Below the pieces are notes generated by a model, which had not been told where the DNA came from, ran no database searches, and saw only the letters and a program-made list of their open reading frames with translations. From Daphnia carinata (taxonomy: Eukaryota), in NCBI RefSeq assembly GCF_022539665.2, contig NC_081333.1, forward strand, positions 11,408,001-11,472,000: 64,000 nt of DNA. Direction: 5' to 3'. A program made the translations under genes and the position numbers. Below, piece by piece: positions 52,901 through 64,000 of the stretch. The first letter of the stretch is position 1. The number at the start of each line of letters is the position of its first letter.

Positions 52901-54414
52901 CGCTAACAATGAATGAACTACTTGCCGGAAACGCACACACACACAATGGATAGAGTACGAAGAAAGAAAATTTTTAAATAAAGAGAACCGCTACAGTTTT
53001 CTTTTCTTTTTTTTTCATCCTGAAAATGTCATTCCGCTTTTTGGATCAATACGAATACGTATTGACGTCAGTACGACGAGCAAAGCTAATAAGATTTACG
53101 TTGTTTACGTAAACACCTTGGGAGATATTCTCGCGGACGATCATTCTCTTCTAAATGTCGTCATAATCAAACCAGCTGCAACGTATGTGTACATGTTGAC
53201 ACCAAAACCTATCTCGGATGACAGTTAGGACGCATCGACGTGGTAGCCGCAAATGGGCGGCCATCTGATCTCCTCTTGACTCGTTCCTGTCATAAAAATC
53301 CCACGCTCCCGTATCAGTAGCCATGACAACAATGCAGGTGGGGAGAGAGAGCTTTCTGACATGTCTTTCCACCTGGATATTTCCTACCTGAAGAGAAAAC
53401 ATTTTTCTATTTTTGAAAAAAAAAAAAGGCATCAACGGATTCAGCCAAGTGTAAACTTCATCCCACTTGTGGCAAAAATTTCAAAAATAATCCTTTGAAA
53501 TGCAACACGCGCCCAATATTACGTAAATGGTGTACGAGATGGCCTCACAAGTCAAGGCCTTTTGACAAAAAAAAAAAAGGGGGTCGATACTTGAGCGAGA
53601 CACACCCCCATTGATCGAATTTGCCCTTTTGAATGCGTAAAGAAGAACAACCGAGAATAATGTAGCACCATCATCTATCTCACGTCTTGCATTCTCAATT
53701 GCTAGTGTAAAGGGCTGTACCTTAATGATCAGATTAAGACTGATCTTCTTTTTCGTGAGGGGGGAAGATGTTACGCATCAATGAATAACCACAACATCGT
53801 CGTACGTTCTGGAAAAGACGCATTCCACGGTTTTTCCCGCGCCCCTTCTCCCTCGCCCACAAGACGAAAACCAACTATCCGGCGAAGCGTGTCACGAACG
53901 TCGGTTCAAAGAAGAATCGCCAAGATAATGAAAAAAAATATAACGAATAGAAGAATAAAAGAGAGAGTTGTTTGATATAGACGACCGCAGTGAATCGGAT
54001 CAAACCTTAAAAAATGTGTTTCTCCCTCTTTTTTTATTTCTAGAAAATGATTCCGCAATTCTAGGCAGCAACGGCTGCTAGAAAGTTATTGTAACGCCCA
54101 TCTTGGCTGCATGACGTACCAGCTCACAATAAAAAGCAATAGTTTGGTTTTTTTTTTTATTGTTAATGGTTAAAGAAAGGTAGAGCCCCGATCGTGTGTG
54201 TACTCAAGTGAGCGTTGCCAGAGTCTAATGATAATTGAGAAGTTTTCTTACCTGCGATGCGAAGTACTGCCCGATCGGCCGGATCGAGCTGGAGGATGCT
54301 GAGTGGCTTATCACGTGCCCATTCCTCCAGACTGAGACCATAATGGTAATCCAGTTCGTCGTCTGTGGGCGAAGACGATGATCTGCCGTATGCACCTACG
54401 TAGTCGAAAGCCAT
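1..54414 (-). CDS. shot: Spectraplakin (short stop / MACF1 / dystonin family), multi-exon, 3' end beyond the window
   Basis: Manually spliced exons with consistent phases: 54414-54252 or 48294-48177 (alternative first exons), 47147-47086, 38922-38833, 38017-37940, 37478-37386, [34608-34132 alternative first], 31801-31638, 31028-30913, 29969-29866, 29661-29446, 28808-28230, 28128-28000, 27840-27601, 26363-26122, 25922-25694, 25612-24918, 24853-24449, 24342-24186, 24011-23928, 22963-22742, 21278-21139, 19455-11253, 10669-10523, 10439-9900, 9830-9361, 9300-9100, 9036-8738, 8674-8469, 8403-8253, 8121-7939, 7630-5553, 5491-5129, 5069-4761, 4697-3521, 3455-3082, 3016-2685, 2621-1874, 1813-1659, [1446-1435], 1189-739, 670-<1. 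Domain order is CH1-CH2, plakin/SH3, plectin repeats, spectrin repeats. Peptides such as [31 protein letters not shown] and [11 protein letters not shown] match Drosophila Shot as I recall it. Confidence 0.96.
1435..1446 (-). CDS. shot: Candidate 12-nt microexon (adds SLNR) with a GC donor
   Basis: gacccttctcag|GAGTCTAAACAG|gcaagt. It is phase 2-2 and frame-preserving, and sits in an intron (1190-1658) much longer than its neighbours. Confidence 0.65.
7939..8121 (-). CDS. shot: Symmetric (phase 1-1, 183 nt) Ser/Arg-rich exon within the rod, probable cassette
   Basis: ctgtag|TGCGC...ATGGAAG|gtagat. Encodes [31 protein letters not shown]...[15 protein letters not shown] and is in frame whether included or skipped. 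Confidence 0.75.
11253..19455 (-). CDS. shot: shot giant exon (8203 nt) encoding plectin/plakin repeats
   Basis: An uninterrupted frame with many repeats of the type xLSLxEAIxxGLID..TG.F.DP.TG. Acceptor is ttctag|G at 19455 and donor is CGG|gtaagc at 11253. The ORF-track ends (19490 and 11064) are intron read-through. Confidence 0.95.
21139..24011 (-). CDS. shot: shot linker exons leading into the plectin-repeat exon (24011-23928, 22963-22742, 21278-21139)
   Basis: [28 protein letters not shown] / [10 protein letters not shown]...[35 protein letters not shown] / [46 protein letters not shown]. The last exon ends in phase 2 (AT|gtaagt), which is what the giant exon's phase-2 acceptor needs. 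Confidence 0.8.
23170..23231 (-). promoter_or_regulatory. Candidate distant branch point (TACTAAC) with adjacent polypyrimidine tract for exon 22963-22742
   Basis: The minus strand reads TACTAAC at 23231-23225, immediately followed by ctccgtctcttatgccctccccctctttttttttttttccctttacc. There is no AG dinucleotide on the minus strand between 23424 and 22966. Confidence 0.7.
24186..29661 (-). CDS. shot: shot plakin domain exons including the SH3 insert
   Basis: Nine in-phase exons with plakin-domain motifs [26 protein letters not shown] and [32 protein letters not shown]. The SH3-like segment is [51 protein letters not shown]. Confidence 0.93.
29866..31801 (-). CDS. shot: shot CH2 domain exons (31801-31638, 31028-30913, 29969-29866)
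   Basis: [61 protein letters not shown]...[32 protein letters not shown] is a canonical CH2 sequence. Confidence 0.95.
34132..34608 (-). CDS. shot: shot alternative first exon for a CH1-less isoform (159 aa unique N-terminus)
   Basis: A GC-rich, codon-like [14 protein letters not shown]...[21 protein letters not shown]...FKRSK ends at AAG|gtagt (phase 0). It lies between the last CH1 exon and the first CH2 exon, whose acceptor at 31801 is phase 0. CH1-lacking isoforms from internal promoters are known for Drosophila shot and for MACF1/dystonin. Confidence 0.8.
37386..47147 (-). CDS. shot: shot CH1 calponin-homology domain exons (47147-47086, 38922-38833, 38017-37940, 37478-37386)
   Basis: [21 protein letters not shown] / [30 protein letters not shown] / [26 protein letters not shown] / [31 protein letters not shown] are canonical actinin-type actin-binding domain motifs. 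All boundaries are AG/GT and in phase. Confidence 0.95.
48177..48294 (-). CDS. shot: shot alternative first coding exon ([10 protein letters not shown] type); absent from the ORF track
   Basis: Encodes [39 protein letters not shown] plus G|gtaac (118 nt, phase 1). It resembles the Drosophila Shot N-terminus ([17 protein letters not shown]...FKDERD, from memory) and joins 47147 to give [11 protein letters not shown]. Confidence 0.9.
54252..54414 (-). CDS. shot: shot alternative first coding exon ([12 protein letters not shown] type)
   Basis: Encodes [10 protein letters not shown]...[24 protein letters not shown], then a G|gtaag phase-1 donor that fits the phase-1 acceptor at 47147. The DPA(D/E)RAV(L/I)RIA motif is the known N-terminus of one plectin/dystonin/MACF1/Shot isoform class. 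An in-frame TGA upstream fixes the start. An acceptor at 54431 implies a further upstream 5'UTR exon. Confidence 0.9.
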
Positions 54415-57400
54415 TTCATCGAGCCATCACCTGTTTGAGAGAAAAATAAATTGGCCATTAATATATTCTTTTTTTTTTACAAATCGTCAAGGGCAAGGAC
54501 GTGCTGTGTTGTCTCTACAGAATGGAAAATACCGACCTGGTTGACTGCTCCTGTTGAAGTCTGTCCAACCTAAAAATGGCTCTCACTCCCTCCCTTTTTT
54601 TTTTCTATTTCTTCTTAGCTTCTTTTTGCCCGGTTTTTTACAAAACAAAAACAGACGATAGCCATCCGGCGTCGTCGCCTCAATGTGGTGTGTGGGTTTT
54701 ATTCGATTCTTTCACTCTCACTTTTTCCTTTTCGATGTCACAAAAGCAGACGTGTTTCCTTAAACTATCACAATTGCACAATGTCAACAAATTTCTGACA
54801 TCACTTTATCGCCAGTTTCACTTGTCATCATAAGCACACCAATCGTATGGCAACTGAAATATCGATCGACGCTCCTGTGCTGACTCAACGGCTAAACCGG
54901 CACACACACGTGTGTATATGGGAACGATTTGGCTAGCATTTGCGACTGTTTCGTAAGGCTTTTGAAGAAAACAGCTGACTTTACAAAATGGCCTCGATTT
55001 TTCCTTGTTTTTTCGATTCACTCAATATCACATACAAGGCACCAAGCTCAACACACTCACACACAGACACAAACACGAGCAAAACTATTTCGCTCTCGTT
55101 TTTCCTTTCGTGCTTCGTTCAGCTGCTCGTTCGACTGTCGACTGGCGCCCTAGCGGAAACCGAGAGGGGGAGACATTGAAGGGGGGGAAGGGGGAGGAAA
55201 GCTCGAGGCGATCCCAGCGGCGGAAGTTGAAAATTACGAACGAAGAAGCAGACGACGGCACAGAGAAGCGTCGGCGTACAGAGAGGCACAGGCAATTTTA
55301 TAAAGCACAAAAAAAAAGAGAGGGGTGAAATAAGATTCGGTTGGAATTACATGGCGTGGGGGATCTTTTATTTCATTCTCTTCATCTTTCATATCCTCCC
55401 TGTTTCTCTTCTGTCTCTCAAACTGAATGGGAAGGAGCTGACCAGAACAAATTTTTGTTTTTTGTTTTTTGTTTTTTTACTGGGTTCTTCCGTCCGATGA
55501 GTTTTTTCTTTCCACCTTTTCCGGTCTTCTTCGGTTGACTGGACTTGACTGTTATTAAAGGGCCGGTGTCTCACTGCAATGGTTTCGTTCCGCTAAAGAC
55601 TCATTCTGGGGTTCGTTTCTTGGCATCAGCCTTTTGTTTTCAGCTTTTTGACAACCAAGAAAAACTGGTCTTGATACCTGAAATGATGTTAAACTTGTTT
55701 TTGTGTTCATTTTTCCATAATCAATGGTCTATTAGCACAAAATTTATTCCAGTTTTTTAATCCAGGCACGTATGCCTTTTTGTGCCCGTTTTTAGTAGGT
55801 TGAAAGATGAGCATACATTTGATAGCTGTGGCAGGTAAATCACGCTATACCAGGTAGCAATAGATGGCCTGAGGCTTTTGGGAAGAAAACAATATCGTAA
55901 TAGCCATCCATCATGCTTTGTGTTCTCGGTATTCTCTACATGAGCTTTAAGCTTTAGGACACTGCTAGAACCAGTATCTCTAATGGGTTTGTTTAGAGGA
56001 CACTCACTAGAGTGCACCACGAAATGGCTAAAATTAGAGAATAAAAAATATTCTGATAATTTAGACATATGTCGACATAATCTGCTAATCGACTGGCACA
56101 AAAAACTTTCTTTGATGTGTGTATGCATGAGAAACTAAACGAGAAAACAATTCTTTCTTAAACTTGCGCTATGCATCCCACGCCCATCGGATACCGTTTA
56201 GTGATACATCATCCAAAAGTTCCAGACAGTCCCAAGTGTACGTAGGCGTGATTTCCGTGTTATTGATCGACTCTTATTTCCGATGACAAGGTCGAAAAGT
56301 GACGTACTGCAGAGAATCTTTTCCCCCTAAAAAATCAATATGATAGAATCCATTACAAGAGATGCAGTAATGAAGCATTCCTTATTTCGAAAGACCACTT
56401 GACAAAGGAAGGCTTCTTCCTCTGACCTCGGGCACTAACACATTTATGTGCAGTGAGGGAAAAGCGATCGATGAACTACGTCAATCAACCGCAAAAGAAA
56501 AACATTAGATTCGAGAGGTCGAGATAAGACATTTAATAGAATTCGGTGTGGAAAAAACGTCTACTGTCTGTTGTTGGACCCAAGCCAAAGAAGTGGCTTT
56601 AACCACACTGAGCTGTAAAATATAGGAAACTATAGGACCCATGGCAGCTGTCATTGTATACATCCGTATGTTCAGCGAGGTGCTTCCCTAGCAGATGGAA
56701 CAGAAGGGGGGGGGGGTCGTTCCATTTCAAACACGATAGCGATTCTGCAATAAAAACCAACGGCCATCATCGATAAGATAACCGTTTGGTGTGCAAATTT
56801 ACGGAGATAAAACATCAAGCACACTTTTATGCTTCATGATTTACCAAAGGCGTATACATAAACTAGCACTTCTGATAAATACTATAGTTCACTTAAAGTG
56901 TAATATCAGCTAAAATTTCCGAATAGTAATGTTTGTTTCTAAAAGATAATTTATGTTACAATTGCTGATTTTTGGGCAGGAGACGTGAACGTAAATAACT
57001 GGTCTTTACTATACTAATAAGGGTTAAAATGATAACCCAAAAATAACTTTAAAGCTAAATTTTTTTCATCCCAGCTTCAGACACATAAATCACATCTATA
57101 CGAAATAACGAAAAAAAAATGGAAAACAAGAACGCTTATTAAAATTTCTGTCCAATTTGGATGTATTCTTTATTGTATGTTGTTCAAAGACTAGTCGTTA
57201 ACAAAAATAAGGGAAAAACTGAGAAAATAATTGGCAGGTAGATCGGAAATAGGAAACAAGGAAAAAGGGGAGCTAGTCAAACTAACCGATAACAAAACCA
57301 TCAGCACTTATCTGACGACCAATTACGTGACAGCATTTTTTGTAAAAAGTTTTTTTTTTGTTTAAACGGCATACACTCGAGAATCTAAAAATAAGAAAAA

Positions 57401-57472
57401 ATGGTGATACATACGAAAAGGTAATAGAAATGAGACGTTTTCTGGAAGCATGGGTCATTTTGTACGATGGTT

Positions 57473-59272
57473 TTATTTCTTCTTGTTTTTGCCAAGAGTT
57501 AGCGTGCCGTGACCAAGCGTGCCGGTACTCTGGGTCAAAAGTTGTTGACGACGTTTAGCTAGCTCGTTCTGATTCTCTTCCAATCGTTTCTTAGCTTCGT
57601 CCAGTTTTCTCTTCTCATCGGCGTGCTCTTTTTTTAGTCGATCAAAACGCGATTGAAGCTAAATCGAATGTGATTCATTAAATTTTAGTTTTCAAATAAC
57701 ATTCGCCTTTTAAATTTACCTCTTTTTCAGCTTCTTTAAGTTCAGTTTCCTTTTCTTTGACGCGGATGACAAACTGTTGTCTCATCTCGTCTTCTTTCTG
57801 TTGTAATTCCATGCGCAGTAACTGACGTTTATGTTCATATGTCTGCTGGAAGCTTTGCGGTTTGTTGTCCGAGTCGACGTCGCTGAAGCCCATCTGCAAT
57901 ACAACTTATCAAATTTAACACCAGATCCTAATACAGTTGATTTATACTTGCCTGTTCCAGTCTCAAACGACGGTAGATTTCGTAATGTCGGACGTGAGTA
58001 GTCTCTCTCAGATCTTCCATGTTAGTGCGGATCAACATTTCACGTAACTTCACGAAATCACAATGATTTTCGTTTTCCACTACATCGATGAGAGAACAAG
58101 TTACACTAACTGGGAAATATCGACATTATTAATCGTTACCTTGAACCGTGCCCCATGGGTACTGGCGAGCTCGGACCATTTTATTTCCTACGCGAATGAA
58201 ATCTGTTGATCCGCATACTGCAAAAGGAAAATGAGCATTCATGGAAAGGTTCATTTCGGCAACAGTTTCATCGTCTACGGGAAACTGATAGATTTGAACA
58301 CCGTTCGAGGCGAGCTCCGACATGATTTTGGTCTAAATATGGCATTTCGTTACATGATGTTTCATAACAAATAGTTTAAGCTACACATACCTTGAAACGC
58401 ATTAATTCAGGCTTGGAAATAGTGTCAGCTTTTGCAATCACTGGAATTATATTGACTTTGTTGTCTAACTTTTTCATGCAAACCAAATCTAGTGATTTTA
58501 AACTGTAAAATAAATGTTAAATTTTGATAACTTTTCGTTTTGGTAAACAAGATTAGCTCTAAAAGTTACCCATGACCAGTTGGACATATAAAATAAAGGC
58601 AGACGTGGATACGGGTATCATGAAATGTGGCCAGTTGGCGTTTAATCTTCAGTTCTTCCTGAAGATATGCTTCAAACTGAGCATCAATATAATCAACTAC
58701 AGGTTTAAAAGATTCTTCTTTGTTGACTTGATCACCATAGCCAATTGTATCAACCAGGGTCAACTGCAAAACATAAACATTGTAGTACAATTTTCAAACC
58801 AGTTTTTAGTGTATGTTACCTTTAATTTGACATTTGATTCCTGAAGTTCATATGTATGGGACTTCAATTTGACTCCTGCTAGAGAGTGGGGGCTTGGATT
58901 TGATTCAAAACTGGTATTGAAGAGAGAATCCATCAGAGTAGATTTTCCCAGTCCCGTCTCTCCGACACAGAGAATGTTAAAATTAAATCCACATTGGACT
59001 GATTTCGAGACCAGTTGATCAGGAAGTGTGTCAAAACCGACATGGCCAGCAAGCTTCAGGTTACGCATCTTGTTCTCGGCCTGTAAAAGAGACAGAGGAC
59101 CGTACATTAACTTGGCGTGACTGGGAGGCAACACCCTTGCTGGGCTTCTACTTTCCTTAATATGTACAAAGACATAACATTTATGGTTGCACATTAAATA
59201 ACATCTTGTAATGTTGTTAGACAAAAAAAAACTTACGTTAGCTGTTGCAACGGGTCCAATTGTTGCAGCCAT
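57473..59272 (-). CDS. Sep2: Septin, SEPT6/8/10/11 group (Drosophila Sep2-like), 8 exons, 427 aa
   Basis: Exons 59272-59237, 59080-58820, 58763-58570, 58502-58391, 58332-58140, 58079-57952, 57893-57720, 57658-57473. Motifs are [13 protein letters not shown], the P-loop [22 protein letters not shown] and [20 protein letters not shown], followed by a C-terminal coiled coil ending TLGKNKKK*. Confidence 0.95.
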
Positions 59273-59444
59273 CGTTATAAATGACTTAATGTTATTTTGA
59301 CAGTCAGATTTGCTGGATATTTCGCTGCAGATGCTGTGGAGAGGGTGGGAGTGGAACGGGAATTACTGGTTGGCTATTGTACAAAATGTTCAAAATTTGA
59401 AGCTGCTCTAATAGCTAAATCGGTACCTGACAGTCAGTTTCAAA
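59273..59444. promoter_or_regulatory. Probable bidirectional promoter between Sep2 and RECQL
   Basis: Divergent start codons are separated by 172 bp. TGACAGTCAG occurs twice (59298-59307 and 59428-59437), and the second copy overlaps an Inr-like TCAGTT. Confidence 0.65.
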
Positions 59445-62094
<2,650 letters not shown>

Positions 62095-64000
62095 GTTTCC
62101 GAATTGTGCAATACAAATATAACAGCTGCTTCTCTGTCGTTTTCCGTAGAACATGCCCTAACATTTTTTATGATATTTGATTACCTCTCCTAACATTTTG
62201 CCTTGGTCAGTTTGCTCGATTCCTAGTCGACTTCCCTAACGTTACCTAAAACCATTTCACGGTCGTTGATCGGAGTAGTAAAATATTTAAGACGAAAATC
62301 TACTTCAGCTTTCATGTGATGATTTACGTTTAAACGCGGTGGTTCCCAATTTTGCCCGAATTTCCTGGAAACCGGAGCGGCACTTTAGTCGCTGTCTTGC
62401 AAATGCAATCTCCGGAAAGTTGAATGCATTTCTCTGCGAATGTCTTTCATCGTGTTTCGTTACATTTGGCACCCGTCGCACTAACCATTCTTCGTTACAC
62501 ATCGTCTTCTAGAACGTACCCGAAGAGATTAGTTTATTTCAACTGAAACTGCATTTTAAAAAGAAATAATCGTTGTTCAAAAATTCCTACAGAGCGGGAA
62601 CGCCATATTCTGGTGAATCAGATAAAGTTCAACAAAACGTGCCATACGGGATTTTTTCGGCATATTTGTTACGATACCAACAAGTACGACTTTTGCACTT
62701 GTATGTTTCTCAGAACGTAGTCTACTTAAAGCCTTTCGATTTTTGTAATGCCGTATGTTTCTTTTGGACCTGTAAGGCTTTCAGCATTGCAACTCAGAAT
62801 GATATTTCAGGACTTGAGTCATACGTTGTCTTTGACAACATAACATTTACGAATTTCATGAACTATAGTTACGTCGTCAACGATTTTTCTAGCTAGTTAA
62901 ACAAGCTACGAATTACAGTCAGCAAAATTCGAGACTGTTTAATCTTTATATCCTTCCTTCGAATTTTTGGCAGCCAATTTATGTGGATGCGTTATACACT
63001 AAAGACTAGAGAGATTAATGGGGTATGGAGTTCATATTAGAATACGAAATGAAGGAAAATAAGAATAGAAAAATGTAAATCATGTAACCAATAGCTTCCG
63101 CAGAATTGCTTCTCTCCAAAATTGACTTCTAAATTGGCTATACACACGACTAATTATTTCGGACAACATAAAAGGCAAAAAAATAGGGAAAGTAGATAGG
63201 AGAGTCTCGTACGAAATAACTGTGAGCCAGGTTTTAGAATAGAATTCGGTTTCCGGTCAACCAGCCGGAGAGTACGCAAACGATGAACAACATATGACTA
63301 TAACATCACGACTGCTGTGTTCAATGAAAAGCGATTGCATCACAAGGGTAGAATCTGTAGCCATCAGTTAATTTAAAGTCGACAGTATGTACGTAACTAT
63401 CAAGGTAATGGTATTTTGAACTAAACTTGCATTGTCAATGTTTAATCGTGATCGATTATGGGCGAAGAAAAATGAAGGAGCCTGTCTAACACTAGTTGTA
63501 TTATATTCAAACAAATGAAATTAATGGATATTTTGATCATTAACCGACTTTCTCTAACGTTTTTTTTCCTATTTTTACCTGTCTAATAGTCTTTCCCGTG
63601 TTTAAAAATAACTTTGAAACGCCCCTTTTCTTTGGTACGTTCAGGTCGTGAATTTCTATGGTTAATAAGGCATTTCATCAGGTGATTGCACTGTATCGAT
63701 TAAACAAGTTAAATCAACTTCAATTCCACTGCTTTGTTCGTTTTATTAACTGACGTTTGGCAGATTTCAGAAAAAAACATCAACTTCTTCATTCATTTTT
63801 AAGTTTAAAACGATCCTCGGCATAAATCGATACAACAACACTGAAAACGCCAATATTATATAAACTTCCTTTGTTAGCTTTATTGCCTCGCTAATCCACT
63901 AATGCACAAGACGTTTCAGAACTCCAACTTTCAATCCGCACCAACTTCAGCGCTCCTAACCAACGCTGTTACCGTAAAATATCGATCGGCCTTTCTGCGA

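Noticed and set aside
19906..53975. Poly-K, poly-F, CVCV and HTHT ORFs in introns
   Set aside because: They are translations of homopolymers and dinucleotide microsatellites.
62200..64000. Short ORFs downstream of RECQL
   Set aside because: No recognisable domain or consistent exon chain, so they are left unannotated.

Overview
This is eukaryotic, intron-containing DNA from an arthropod. The ~60-80 nt introns in the compact parts suggest a small crustacean genome such as Daphnia (inference). About 54 kb of the minus strand is the 5' portion of a spectraplakin gene (short stop/shot; MACF1/dystonin family), which runs off the left edge of the window. I traced about 40 exons with consistent splice phases: three alternative first coding exons (one skipping CH1), the CH1-CH2 actin-binding domain, a plakin domain with SH3, an 8.2-kb plectin-repeat exon, and a spectrin-repeat rod. 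At the right end, a SEPT6/11-group septin (Sep2-like, minus strand) and a RECQ1 helicase (plus strand) sit head-to-head, with 172 bp between start codons. The most interesting signals are splicing architecture that the ORF track cannot show. These include a 459-nt AG-free zone holding a perfect TACTAAC and a polypyrimidine tract ~263 nt upstream of an exon leading into the plectin-repeat block, a second 290-nt AG-free zone before the next exon, a 12-nt microexon with a GC donor, other candidate microexons, and a candidate stop-containing exon in CH2. No prokaryotic-type systems, CRISPR arrays, rRNA or tRNA were recognised. All exon boundaries were read by eye and need RNA-seq confirmation.
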